64,000 nucleotides of DNA from Gemmatimonadales bacterium (GTDB taxonomy: Bacteria > Gemmatimonadota > Gemmatimonadetes > Gemmatimonadales > GWC2-71-9): positions 352,001 through 416,000 of the forward strand of contig JBBCJC010000005.1 of the NCBI GenBank assembly GCA_037189525.1. Reading direction: 5' to 3'. Within the stretch, counting starts at the first letter, position 1, and each line of letters opens with the position of its first letter. The position numbers were made by a program, and so were the translations under genes. Below the pieces are notes generated by a model that ran no database searches, was not told where the DNA came from, and worked only from the letters and a program-made list of their open reading frames with translations. Shown piece by piece: positions 1 through 9,357 of the stretch.

Positions 1-133
1 TTGCGTCCTATGTAGACCTGCGCAAAAACTGACCCGCTCGGCCTGGGGCGTCCCGGAACAGGGGCGCTCCGGGAACCAACCTGCCCTCGCGGCCCGCTTC
101 CCAGCGGGCCGCGGCTCCGACTAGCTTTCCGGC

Positions 134-397
134 ATGACGTCTCGATCAGAAACGCCCGGGACTGCCTTGATTGCAGCGGATGAGCTCTATGAACCGGAAT
201 GGGTTGCGTGGTTTGCGCTCTCGCCGGCCGAGCGGTGGATCGAGAGCCAGCGAATCCTCGAGCTGTTCCTCGCGCTGGGAGGCACCCTTGAACCGGAACC
301 CGACCTCCAGAGTCCTTTCTTCGATGCGCACGCATGGCGTCCAGTCCCTCTTGATGGGCGGCCAGGCGTGCGTGTTATACGGCGCTCTGGAGTTTAG
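134..397 (+). CDS. Small hypothetical protein (87 aa), partner of the overlapping nucleotidyltransferase
   Basis: ORF MTSRSETPG...GGTLEPEPDLQSPFFD...RVIRRSGV; -10-like TAGCTT 7 nt before ATG; overlaps next gene by 110 nt. Confidence 0.65.
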   Translation: MTSRSETPGTALIAADELYEPEWVAWFALSPAERWIESQRILELFLALGGTLEPEPDLQSPFFDAHAWRPVPLDGRPGVRVIRRSGV

Positions 398-1036
398 TCG
401 GGACACCGATCTCGTCGTCCTGGCATCATCGGACAATCTCGATCGCTTGCGCCGCGCCCTCGATGCGATAGGTGCGAAGACGATCGCAGTCCCCCCGTTC
501 GAACGCGAGTATCTCGACCGCGGCCATGCCGTCCATTTCGCGGCCGGCGATGCCGGGCCGTCTCGCGTGCGGATTGACATTATGGCCAAGATGCGCAATG
601 TCGATGCCTTCCCGGACCTCTGGACCCGTCGGACGACCATTGAGCTCGATGGGGAGACCATCGACGTTGTGTCGCTGCCGGATCTGGTACTCGCGAAAAA
701 GACGCAGCGAGACAAGGATTGGCCAGTCATTCGGCGATTGGTCGACAATCACTACCTGACCTATCGCACCGAGCCGACCGACGAGCGGATCCGCTGGTGG
801 CTCGAGGAGCTGCGCACGCCGACGCTGCTCGAAGAGGCGGCCCGGACCTATCCCCACGCGGCGCAATCGCTCCACGAGAAGCGGCCCCTGCTTCGTCTGA
901 TCGACCAGGAGGCCGAATCGGTACTACAGATCGGGAGGAAGCGAGCGAGCGCGAGGCGGATCGAGCGTACTGGGCGCCGCTTCGGGCCGAGTTGGAGACG
1001 CTGCGGCGTCAGCGCCGCACGGGTCAAGGGACCTAG
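288..1036 (+). pseudogene. Nucleotidyltransferase-fold protein with an apparent frameshift near 929
   Basis: TTG at 288 preceded by GGGAGG; GG..[x]..SRDTD motif (LMGGQACVLYGALEFSRDTD) and DLVLAKKTQRDKD; the plausible helical C-terminus DREEASEREADRAYWAPLRAELETLRR* lies in the -1 frame ending at 1036. Confidence 0.65.
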
Positions 1037-1100
1037 CGAACCGCAGCCCTTCGGTATCACCAACCAGATCGAAAGGCTCGGCCATGAAGGCGAGCCACGC

Positions 1101-1595
1101 CTAACGTCTCGGGAACCGCTCGCGATAGAGATCCACGAACTGGCCGGCCAGGTCGCGCGCCGCGAACCGGAGCGCTTCATCGAGCTCGGCGCGCTCCACG
1201 ATATTCGACCGCGAGGGCCCCTGCCAGATCACGGTCCAGGCCGGCACGCGACCGAATTGGTCCCGATATCCGAGTTCCAGATTCATGGCAAAGCCGACCC
1301 CGAACCGGGCCCGCCCCGCCCCGGTCGCGAGCCGGACATCCAGCCGCAGCACACAGCAGTCATCGGCCCGCGGGTCCGACAATTCGTACAGTACGTCGGC
1401 GCGGCGGAGTTCCTGGCGAATCACCTCTTCCAGCAACCGCGCGGAGCGACCGTTGTCACCGGCCCCCGCGACGTCGACCCGAACCGAAAGCGATTGTAAC
1501 TCCTCGACCGCATCGCGCGAAAAATTGACCTGCGCGTCGAGCAGCCCCGGGCCCGCCAGGCAGGCGATCAGTCCGAAAATCAGTCGAGTATGCAT
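1101..1595 (-). CDS. Hypothetical secreted protein (164 aa)
   Basis: Sec-type signal peptide MHTRLIFGLIACLAGPGLLDA-Q; protein-like composition. Confidence 0.75.
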   Translation of the reverse strand: MHTRLIFGLIACLAGPGLLDAQVNFSRDAVEELQSLSVRVDVAGAGDNGRSARLLEEVIRQELRRADVLYELSDPRADDCCVLRLDVRLATGAGRARFGVGFAMNLELGYRDQFGRVPAWTVIWQGPSRSNIVERAELDEALRFAARDLAGQFVDLYRERFPRR

Positions 1596-1627
1596 ACTCT
1601 GAGTATCGGCACGAACGCCCCTCGCGG

Positions 1628-3049
1628 TTAGCGAACGCCCACCATGCCCCGGACCGACTCGATCAGCTTGGCGGAGTCGTAGCCGATGCCCTCCTTGAAC
1701 ACCGTGACCACCCGCCGGATCTGGCTCGGATCGGCGGTCGGATCGCCCTGAACCACGACCAGGTCGGCGATTTTCCCGACGGTGATGGTTCCGAGCTCCG
1801 CGTCGACGCCCAATACCTTGGCGCCGTTGGCCGACATGATGCGCACCACCTCGACCGGGGCAAACCCGGCCTCGGCCAGGAGCTCGAAGTTCCGCTGATC
1901 GCCGTAGCCGGGAAGCGCGCCGCCGTTGCCGGTCGGGTCGACGCCCGCCGCCAGCAGACCGCCGGCACGGACGAAGGCCCGCTCATAAGCCATGGCTTTC
2001 TGGAGGCTCTCCAGGGTCCGTCCCTGTCCCGGTTGCTTGGCAAGCCGTTCGCGGGTGTCGAGGTACTCGCCCTTCACGTCCGGGCTCATGGCGTCGAGAA
2101 CCCGCTGATCGAGCGGCGGCCGGTTGGGAACGGAGATCTCATACACGGCAAGGGTTGATGTCATCGGCACGCCCTTGTCGATCATCGCCTTGAAGGTGGC
2201 GCGTGCCTCGGCGCCGTCGGGATCGAACGCACCCGTCACCGCCAGGTTCCGCGCCGGACACCGGTCGGGTTGCTTGGAGGGATCGTACTCGAAGTTGGCC
2301 ATCAGGCCATGCTCGAGCGCATCGATCCCGGCCTCGACGGCTTCCCGGTAGCCGACCGAACAGAGATGCCCGGTGACTTTGACGCCCCGTGCATGCGCAG
2401 CTTCCGCGACCGCCCGTAGGTTCTCACGGCTGATCTCGGTGTAGACCTTGAACCAGGTGGCCCCTTCGTCGGCCCAGTAATCGACCACCCGCTTGGCCTG
2501 CTCGGGCGTCGTGATGTGCTTCCGCTCGACCACCTGATCCGGCCCGGTGATGTACGGCCCGCTCACATGCATCCGCGGCCCCGGCACATCGCCCGCCTCG
2601 ATCTGGCGCTTGAGCGAGATCTCGGCGTACGGCACGATGCTGCCTGTAGTGCGGATCGTGGTCACCCCCGACGCGAGATAGAGGCGCGGGGCGCTGACCG
2701 ACAGCTGCGCACGCCGGCCCGCCGAGGTGGTGTAGAAGGTGTGGTTGTGCATCCCGACCAGGCCGGGAATGACGGTATGTCCCGACAGATCGAGCACCCG
2801 AGCCCCGGCCGGAATCGCGACCGAGCCGGTGGGGCCGACGGCGCTGATCCTCCCCTTGGCAAGGACGACGGTCTGATCAGTCCGGGCGGCGGCACCGGTA
2901 CCATCGACGACGCGCACCCGCGTCAGCGCAACCACCGGCGCATCGACGGACACGAACGCCCGGGTTGTCTCAGACAGGGACGGACGATTCTGGGCCAGTA
3001 ACGGCGCGGCCAGGGCGACACTCGAGGCCGCGAGCAGCAGACGGATCAT
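1628..3049 (-). CDS. Secreted metal-dependent amidohydrolase family protein
   Basis: Signal peptide; DLSGHTVIPGLVGMHNH (HxH), SGVTTIR, LEHG, GTITVGKIADLVVVQGDP motifs. Confidence 0.9.
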   Translation of the reverse strand: MIRLLLAASSVALAAPLLAQNRPSLSETTRAFVSVDAPVVALTRVRVVDGTGAAARTDQTVVLAKGRISAVGPTGSVAIPAGARVLDLSGHTVIPGLVGMHNHTFYTTSAGRRAQLSVSAPRLYLASGVTTIRTTGSIVPYAEISLKRQIEAGDVPGPRMHVSGPYITGPDQVVERKHITTPEQAKRVVDYWADEGATWFKVYTEISRENLRAVAEAAHARGVKVTGHLCSVGYREAVEAGIDALEHGLMANFEYDPSKQPDRCPARNLAVTGAFDPDGAEARATFKAMIDKGVPMTSTLAVYEISVPNRPPLDQRVLDAMSPDVKGEYLDTRERLAKQPGQGRTLESLQKAMAYERAFVRAGGLLAAGVDPTGNGGALPGYGDQRNFELLAEAGFAPVEVVRIMSANGAKVLGVDAELGTITVGKIADLVVVQGDPTADPSQIRRVVTVFKEGIGYDSAKLIESVRGMVGVR

Positions 3050-3199
3050 GGATCACTCGTTCGGAGGGTCCCGGAATTCTACGCGATGGCCGCCCCATGG
3101 CGATAGGGCCACCCGAGCATAATGCGCAATAATGAACCGTATTGCGTCGGTACGGTTATTACCTTCTCACCGGCATGTCCAGCTTGCGGACATGACACC

Positions 3200-3229
3200 T
3201 TGCACATTCACCCCGGCCGAGCGTAGCGT
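3200..3229 (+). promoter_or_regulatory. Putative sigma70 promoter for the Uma2 gene (probably leaderless)
   Basis: TTGCAC-18 nt-TAGCGT; second ATG at 3236 lies 6 nt downstream. Confidence 0.4.
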
Positions 3230-3793
3230 ATGGTTATGCCAGCACTTGCACGCAGATGGACGCGAGAGGAAGTCCTCGCCCTCCCCGACGACGGAAACCG
3301 CTACGAGCTCATCGACGGGACGCTGCTCGTGAGCCCGAGCCCGCGCTATCTACATCAGCGCGCGATCATCAGTCTGCTCATGCTGCTCGAGCCGTACGTC
3401 AGGACGCATCGGATCGGGAGCCTGGTCATCTCGCCGGCGGATCTCGATTTCAAGTCCCGGCAGGTTCTGCAACCTGATCTGTTCGTCGGCGCACTGGTCG
3501 ACGGTCGTGAGCCGGCCGAATGGAAGGACGTAGGCATTCCGTTCCTGGTGGTCGAGATCCTCTCGCCCTCGACCGAGCGGTACGATCGCTTTACCAAGCG
3601 GCACTTCTATCAGCGTTCCGGTGTCGCAGCGTACTGGATCGTCGATCTCGATGCCGGTGCAGTCGAGGTGTGGACACCGGCGGACATGGACCCGACCGTC
3701 GTGCGGGACACGCTCACCTGGCATCCGGATCGGTCGGTACCGCCGCTCGCAATCGATCTCCACGAATACTTCGACACGCTGATCCGGACCTAG
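3230..3793 (+). CDS. Uma2 family (DUF820) PD-(D/E)XK-like endonuclease
   Basis: RYELIDGTLLVSPSP, QPDLFV, LVVEILSPST..YDR..K...Y...GV..YWIVD motifs. Confidence 0.92.
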   Translation: MVMPALARRWTREEVLALPDDGNRYELIDGTLLVSPSPRYLHQRAIISLLMLLEPYVRTHRIGSLVISPADLDFKSRQVLQPDLFVGALVDGREPAEWKDVGIPFLVVEILSPSTERYDRFTKRHFYQRSGVAAYWIVDLDAGAVEVWTPADMDPTVVRDTLTWHPDRSVPPLAIDLHEYFDTLIRT

Positions 3794-3816
3794 TCTGGCT
3801 CGAGTACCTGACTCCC

Positions 3817-3849
3817 GGTGATCGGTGCCCTCTCGGAGCACCGATCACC
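3817..3849. terminator. 12-bp-stem hairpin between convergent genes
   Basis: GGTGATCGGTGC-N9-GCACCGATCACC; no clear U tract. Confidence 0.45.
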
Positions 3850-3919
3850 TCGGTCAAGCAAACGGCGTGGCCCCGACGACAGGGAAACATCGCTTCCTGG
3901 CGACACCGCGGGCAGACGC

Positions 3920-6166
3920 TTACAGGATCCCATCCAGGTAGAGATCGAACCGCCACCCCGTCGGGCCCCGGAGACCGCGCGCCAGGTCCGCACGGATCAG
4001 CCCGTCGAGAAAACTGGCCCCGACCCCGGCGCTCAAGAGCGGCCGCCCCGACCAGAACTCGTCGCGCGCGCCGGCCCATCCGATATCGGAGAACAGCGAC
4101 AGGCGGACCGCAGGAAAGCTGTTGGCAACCTCGGCGCGACCGGTCCAGAACGCAGGCCCCGCCATCACGCCCCCATCATAGCCACGCAGCGTTACCGGGC
4201 CGCCGAGGTAGAACCAACTCTGCACCGGCGAGGTCCCCTCGGTGGCTCCCGCCGATACGGAGGCGCCAAAGGCCAGCGGGCCGCGCGGCGTAACCCAACT
4301 GCGGAGGGTCATCGAGCCACGACCGAACTTGTAGTCGCCGGTGGCGCCCTCGACGAACGCTTCGCCTCCGATGCCGACTGACCGGGACAACGCCCGAGTG
4401 CCGCGAACTTTGAGGCTGCCGCCGAACTGATCCGCACCATTCGCAGCAATGTTCGGACGATATGCCGCGTCGGACCCCAGCAGGTGCGCAATCGAAAAAT
4501 CGGTTTCCACCCGGGCTGCGCGTTGACGTTCGTAGTAGATCCGGCTTTCCAGCCATCCCGAACCGACGGTTTGCGTCCCCTCGATGCCCTCGGTACGGTA
4601 GTACTGGCCGTCGTCACGATGGGTAAAGAGGCCCGCCAGGCTGTTCATGACGCCAAAGGGCCGAGTCTCGGGATTGGCCGCAACCAGCCGGCGATAGACG
4701 GCTACCCGGCTGTTGTCGCCCAGCGTCGACCCGGTGCTTACCCCCACCTCGGCGTTGAGCCACCCATCGGCCAGGCCGATCCGCGCCCGCCCGTCCACCG
4801 CAAACTTGCCGAAGTCGGCCCGCGCCCCGGTGCCGAGCGACAACGCCTCGATCCGGTTGAAACGCGCGTGCCGGAGCACCTCGGTTGCTCCGTAGGGAAG
4901 TTCCAGACGCGAGGCCCAGACCGGTCCCGGCAACTGGCCGATCGACGAGGCCAGGCCGCGTAACTCGTCTTCGCTGATCAGGTCGCCCATCGAGAGGATC
5001 GGTTCGCCGAGTGCGGGACTGGTGATCAGTTGGAGCGTATCATCAGGTACCGCGACGACCAGCACCGAGTCGGCGGTGTAGCGGTGCCGGCAGTCGGCGA
5101 CTTTCTGCCGATAGGCCCGGCGACCCTCTTCGGTCCGCATCGAACGATCGTCCCGCGCCTCATCGACACACTCGCGAACTACTCGACGCACGCTGTCGGA
5201 GCGGGCCCGCCGCATGGCGGAGTCGATCGGAATACCTGCTGCAGTCGTATCGGGCTGCCGCCTGGTGCCGGCCGGGCGGAAGGTACTGGCCGGATCGGGA
5301 GGCGTACCGCCTTCGACCTCGTAGTCGGCATAGACCTGCTCCATCCGGATCGGCATGTTGAGCCACGACCCCATAGTGCCGACCGCGTCGATAGCCGCGT
5401 AGCGCAACATCCACCAGCGCTCTTCGTACAAGCCGTATTCGAGCGTGACGTACTTGACCTCGCCCTTGGGATTGACCCAGCGGGGCACGTCCTCCCGATC
5501 TTCGGCCGAGATGTCCCGGCGGAACTCGAAGGGACGGGCTGGCCGAAAAATCATGCGCACCAGGCCATGCGTGTCGCCGTCGAACCAGAGCGCGCCCGAC
5601 ATCAACCGCCAGTCGGAACGGCGCGGAATGACACGGAGTTCGAGCAGCCGGATCCGTTTGCCGGAGGGGAGTGCAATCACGGTGGAATCGCCGACGGCAA
5701 AGCGGTAGTCGCGTTCCCCGCCCTCGCGCAGAGGATAGATGAACCCCTCGTCGTCCTCGCCCAGCCCGGCAAAGCGGAGCACGTCCTCGGCCGGATTGAT
5801 GACGAGGTCCCGGAGCCCGCTCTGCAGATCCTCGGGTACCTGATCGCCGCGCAAGGCAATCGGAACCCCCTGCCGGGCCCCGATGACTTCGATTCGGCTC
5901 GGCCGGTCACGGTACCATTCGATGTTGGCCGCGACTTCCTGGCGGAACAGCATCCGATCCCGGCCAACGGCCCGCACCCCGACCCCGATCCGCTGCGATA
6001 CAGAGGCGCGGTAGGAGGTGACCAGTCGCTCGTTCCGGTCCCGCGCCGCCCGGGCTCGCGCAACCAACTCGGCCGTCGCCGCATTGGCGTAGCTGTCGGA
6101 CGGCAGATTGGCGCGAACCGTGTCTTGAACGAGAAGGACAGAAAGGAGGGCGACTGCGACGACCAT
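3920..6166 (-). CDS. Putative outer-membrane protein with C-terminal beta-barrel (DUF5686/surface-antigen-like)
   Basis: Signal peptide; RFNRIEALSLG motif; YLGGPVTLRGY and alternating beta-strand C-terminus WRFDLYLDGIL. Confidence 0.7.
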   Translation of the reverse strand: MVVAVALLSVLLVQDTVRANLPSDSYANAATAELVARARAARDRNERLVTSYRASVSQRIGVGVRAVGRDRMLFRQEVAANIEWYRDRPSRIEVIGARQGVPIALRGDQVPEDLQSGLRDLVINPAEDVLRFAGLGEDDEGFIYPLREGGERDYRFAVGDSTVIALPSGKRIRLLELRVIPRRSDWRLMSGALWFDGDTHGLVRMIFRPARPFEFRRDISAEDREDVPRWVNPKGEVKYVTLEYGLYEERWWMLRYAAIDAVGTMGSWLNMPIRMEQVYADYEVEGGTPPDPASTFRPAGTRRQPDTTAAGIPIDSAMRRARSDSVRRVVRECVDEARDDRSMRTEEGRRAYRQKVADCRHRYTADSVLVVAVPDDTLQLITSPALGEPILSMGDLISEDELRGLASSIGQLPGPVWASRLELPYGATEVLRHARFNRIEALSLGTGARADFGKFAVDGRARIGLADGWLNAEVGVSTGSTLGDNSRVAVYRRLVAANPETRPFGVMNSLAGLFTHRDDGQYYRTEGIEGTQTVGSGWLESRIYYERQRAARVETDFSIAHLLGSDAAYRPNIAANGADQFGGSLKVRGTRALSRSVGIGGEAFVEGATGDYKFGRGSMTLRSWVTPRGPLAFGASVSAGATEGTSPVQSWFYLGGPVTLRGYDGGVMAGPAFWTGRAEVANSFPAVRLSLFSDIGWAGARDEFWSGRPLLSAGVGASFLDGLIRADLARGLRGPTGWRFDLYLDGIL

Positions 6167-6262
6167 TATTTCAATCCGGCAGGGACCCCACCCCTACGGC
6201 GGGGCCTTCTCCCGGGTTTCGTTTCGGAACAAGTCCGGTGACCGTATTCCACTCAGGGCGCG

Positions 6263-7822
6263 TTACACATATTTGACCTCGAGCGCCATCCCGGCCACGT
6301 GGTGATACTGATTGTGGCAGTGAAGCATCCACCGAGGCCCCGGGTTGTCCGCCACGAACTCGAGTACGTGACGATCGACGTTGTGCAAAGTCAGGGTGTC
6401 CTTCCGGAGCGGCGCCCTCAGATCCTCGGTGGCGCCATAGGGGCGGACCAGATCGAAGAAATGGCCGTGGAAGTGCACCGGGTGCCCGACGACCGTCCCA
6501 TTCCGAATCGACAGCCGAACCCGTTCGCCGCGCTTGACCTCGAGCGGTTCACCCGCCGGATAGATCCGCCCGCTGATGGCCCAGAGAAATCCGTTGTGCC
6601 CCATTTCGAAGAGCAGATCGTACTCGCGATCGACGGGCTGGGGTGTCCGCGGCTCGATGCCCACCAGGCCATCGTAGGGCCGCCATTCGTACGACTCGAG
6701 CGGCGGCGGACGATCGACGGCCTCGGTACCGCGCACCCCGTGATAGCGGACATCGATCCCAAAGCCCCGATCACGATACAGGGGCTCCATCGAACCAAGC
6801 CGCCAGACGCCAGGTTGATCGGCTTCGACGATGACATCGAACCGTTCTCCCATGCCCACCGAAAGGACCTCGACGGTCTTGGGCGACACCGGCTGTCCAT
6901 CGGTGTGAGTGATGGTCATCCGGTGCCCTGAGAGATAGATCGGGAAGACCGCCGCCGTCCCGACGTTGATGAAACGGAGCCGAATCCGTTCACCCTCGCG
7001 AAAGACCAGCGGCGGATTCGCGCGGGCGACCCGTCCGTTGACCGTGAACGCGTCGAAGACCGGCTCCATGATCGGCAGCCCGTGGCCGCCGCCGTGATGG
7101 CCGACTCGCGCCGCAGCCAGCGAATCGGCCTGCCTCCGCATCCGGGCAAGCGACGGTCCCTTCGCGGCCACGCCGGGGAATCCGTTGAGACGGTACCGCA
7201 CCGAATCGGTCGTAAAATCCCGACTGCCGAGCACTTTGCCGCCCAGCACGAAATTGTGATACGCCTCGGCAAAGACGGGATCGTCCGGTTGATGGAGCCA
7301 GTCGTCGAGCAGGATCGTGTACTCCCGATCGTAGGCCAGCTCCTCCCGACGGGGACGCACGATGATGCCCCCGAAGAGTCCCCGCTCGTACTGAAAGGCG
7401 TAGTGCGAGTGGTACCAGTAAGTGCCGGCATGGTCGACCGGAAATTCGTACACGAAGCGCTCGCCCGGCGCGATCGGTTCCTGGGTAAGCTCCGGCACAC
7501 CGTCCATGGCAAACGGCACCGGCAAGCCATGCCAATGCGCCGTGATCGGCTCGCTGAGCGCGTTATCGACCACGATTCGGGCCGTCTGCCCGACCTCGAA
7601 CTCGAGCATCGGGCCCGGCACCGTTCCATTGAACGTATACGCCGGAACGATTCGTCCGTCGCCAACATCCCACGGGGCCTGCTGGGCCTTGAGGTGATAC
7701 TCCCGGATCTGGCGACCAGCGACCGGGTCCGTCAATTCGCGCACCAGCCACGGCAGAGCCGCGGCACTGGCCGCAGCTCCGCTCAGTCGGCGAATGAACG
7801 CTCTACGAGTTTCATCACGCAT
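6263..7822 (-). CDS. Tat-exported multicopper oxidase
   Basis: RRAFI Tat motif; all four Cu motifs HWHG, WYHSH, HPVHFHG, HCHNQYHHVAGM. Confidence 0.95.
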   Translation of the reverse strand: MRDETRRAFIRRLSGAAASAAALPWLVRELTDPVAGRQIREYHLKAQQAPWDVGDGRIVPAYTFNGTVPGPMLEFEVGQTARIVVDNALSEPITAHWHGLPVPFAMDGVPELTQEPIAPGERFVYEFPVDHAGTYWYHSHYAFQYERGLFGGIIVRPRREELAYDREYTILLDDWLHQPDDPVFAEAYHNFVLGGKVLGSRDFTTDSVRYRLNGFPGVAAKGPSLARMRRQADSLAAARVGHHGGGHGLPIMEPVFDAFTVNGRVARANPPLVFREGERIRLRFINVGTAAVFPIYLSGHRMTITHTDGQPVSPKTVEVLSVGMGERFDVIVEADQPGVWRLGSMEPLYRDRGFGIDVRYHGVRGTEAVDRPPPLESYEWRPYDGLVGIEPRTPQPVDREYDLLFEMGHNGFLWAISGRIYPAGEPLEVKRGERVRLSIRNGTVVGHPVHFHGHFFDLVRPYGATEDLRAPLRKDTLTLHNVDRHVLEFVADNPGPRWMLHCHNQYHHVAGMALEVKYV

Positions 7823-7831
7823 GGTTGAAAC

Positions 7832-9352
7832 CTATGCTCGCGTTGGATCGCACGCGACAAAATTCGGGTTGTTCTCCTCGGCCTTGGGAATCGGCAGCGC
7901 GACATGATTCCCGTAGGTGCCGTTGGTCGGATTCTGCCGCACGATGGCGCCACCACTGACCCGTTCGACGAAGTAGGGCCGGTTACCGCCACCGGGATAG
8001 GTAGCGGCCTCGGTCCGGCCGTACGGCGCGCGGAGCAAGCGCCGCAGATCCGCGAGGCGATGACCCGTTCCCCACAGCCAAAAGGCCCGTTCCCGGAAGA
8101 GCAAGTCGACATCCTCGGTCGTGATCTGCCCGGGTGTCGGAGCCGCCAGCGGAGGCAGCGGGGTGGTGACCGGCGCGGGGTTCGTCGCGGACGCGCCCGT
8201 CGCGAACGGATCGGCGGGATAGAGCGTCAGGTCGGCGCGCAGCGCGTTGAGAATATCGAGGTAACCCGCCTCGTCGCCGGCACGCTGCCTGGCTTCCGCG
8301 ATGATCAGCTGCGCCTCCAGATAGTCCGCCAGGACGATCGGCGTTACCAGCGTCGGGTACTTGCCACCGAAGAAAAACGGCAGCGCCCCGTCGAACGACA
8401 GGGCCGAGGCGCCCGTGCCCCGCCGCGACGTCACCCGAGGATCACCGGCGCCGCGGAAGTCGAGACCGACACCGCCCGGAATCGGGCCGGTCGTCTCAGC
8501 GGGTGCGGCGGCTTCCCGATCGGCAATCGAGTAGCGTCGGGTATTCCAGTTCATCGGGAAGAACCCGTTGGTCTGCCGGGTCGTCGTGGTCGAGTGCGTC
8601 GAGGTAAACCGGAAGCCTCGCGGCACGCCGGCAACCGTCGTCGCTGCCGCCGCGGCATCACCCAGGCCGAGTTGCGCTCGCGCTTTGCCCACGGTGGCGA
8701 AATGAACCAGGTTGGCCGCATTGGCTCCGATCGGCGTCAGCGCAGCCACCGCCGAGTCAAACTTCGCGATGGCGCGGCCGACGATCGCTTCTCGCGTCAC
8801 CAGCGAGCTGTAGATCTCCGTGCCTGTGGCGGCATCGAACTCACTGATCGGTTGGGGAGCGCAGAAGTTCTCCGCCAGCCAGAGATAGGTATAGCCGGCA
8901 TAGGCCAGCAGTTCGCCGTGACGAACATCGGTCGCCGGCGTCGGCGACAGCCGGCGGACGGCGGCGGCCGCCTGCTCCGTAGCGCGCCGCGCCCGATGGA
9001 TATTGCGGTAGACGCCGAGGACGGTGCCGTTGTCGGGCGTCACGGCGCGCGCATCGATCTCCTGACGCGACGCAGCGGGGTCGCCGATCGGGACCTCGTC
9101 GGAAAAGAGCGCGGTAATCTGCAGCACCCCTTCACTGTTCCCGCTCCCGACGGCCGAGTTGGCCACCATCCATTCACCGATGGCGCCGGCCCAGAGTGGA
9201 CCGATCCCGTTGGGCGACTCGAGCCGGTCGGGCGTGAAGACGTTGGGCGTATCGACATCGACGATGTCGGACGGCGAGCACGCGCTCAGCGCCGCGAGCA
9301 CGATGCCCCAGACGGCCGATGAGCGGAGTGGATATCGGATTGAGATTCGCAT
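7832..9352 (-). CDS. SusD/RagB-like outer-membrane lipoprotein
   Basis: ATG at 9352, 5 nt after SusC stop; lipobox LSAC; EAQLIIAEA, LFRERAFWLWGTGHRLADLRR, ALPIPKAEENNPN motifs. Confidence 0.88.
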   Translation of the reverse strand: MRISIRYPLRSSAVWGIVLAALSACSPSDIVDVDTPNVFTPDRLESPNGIGPLWAGAIGEWMVANSAVGSGNSEGVLQITALFSDEVPIGDPAASRQEIDARAVTPDNGTVLGVYRNIHRARRATEQAAAAVRRLSPTPATDVRHGELLAYAGYTYLWLAENFCAPQPISEFDAATGTEIYSSLVTREAIVGRAIAKFDSAVAALTPIGANAANLVHFATVGKARAQLGLGDAAAAATTVAGVPRGFRFTSTHSTTTTRQTNGFFPMNWNTRRYSIADREAAAPAETTGPIPGGVGLDFRGAGDPRVTSRRGTGASALSFDGALPFFFGGKYPTLVTPIVLADYLEAQLIIAEARQRAGDEAGYLDILNALRADLTLYPADPFATGASATNPAPVTTPLPPLAAPTPGQITTEDVDLLFRERAFWLWGTGHRLADLRRLLRAPYGRTEAATYPGGGNRPYFVERVSGGAIVRQNPTNGTYGNHVALPIPKAEENNPNFVACDPTRA

Positions 9353-9357
9353 AGTGA

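Noticed and set aside
88..113. 11-bp hairpin CGCGGCCCGCT-tccc-AGCGGGCCGCG
   Set aside because: No U tract, and the upstream context is cut by the window edge, so no function can be assigned.
171..1499. 442-aa ORF as a full-length protein
   Set aside because: The first 39 codons precede the RBS-supported start, and the last ~190 codons are frameshift read-through antisense to a real gene.
3124..3147. Short inverted repeat CGCAATA...TATTGCG between divergent genes
   Set aside because: 7-bp arms with no candidate regulator nearby; could be chance.
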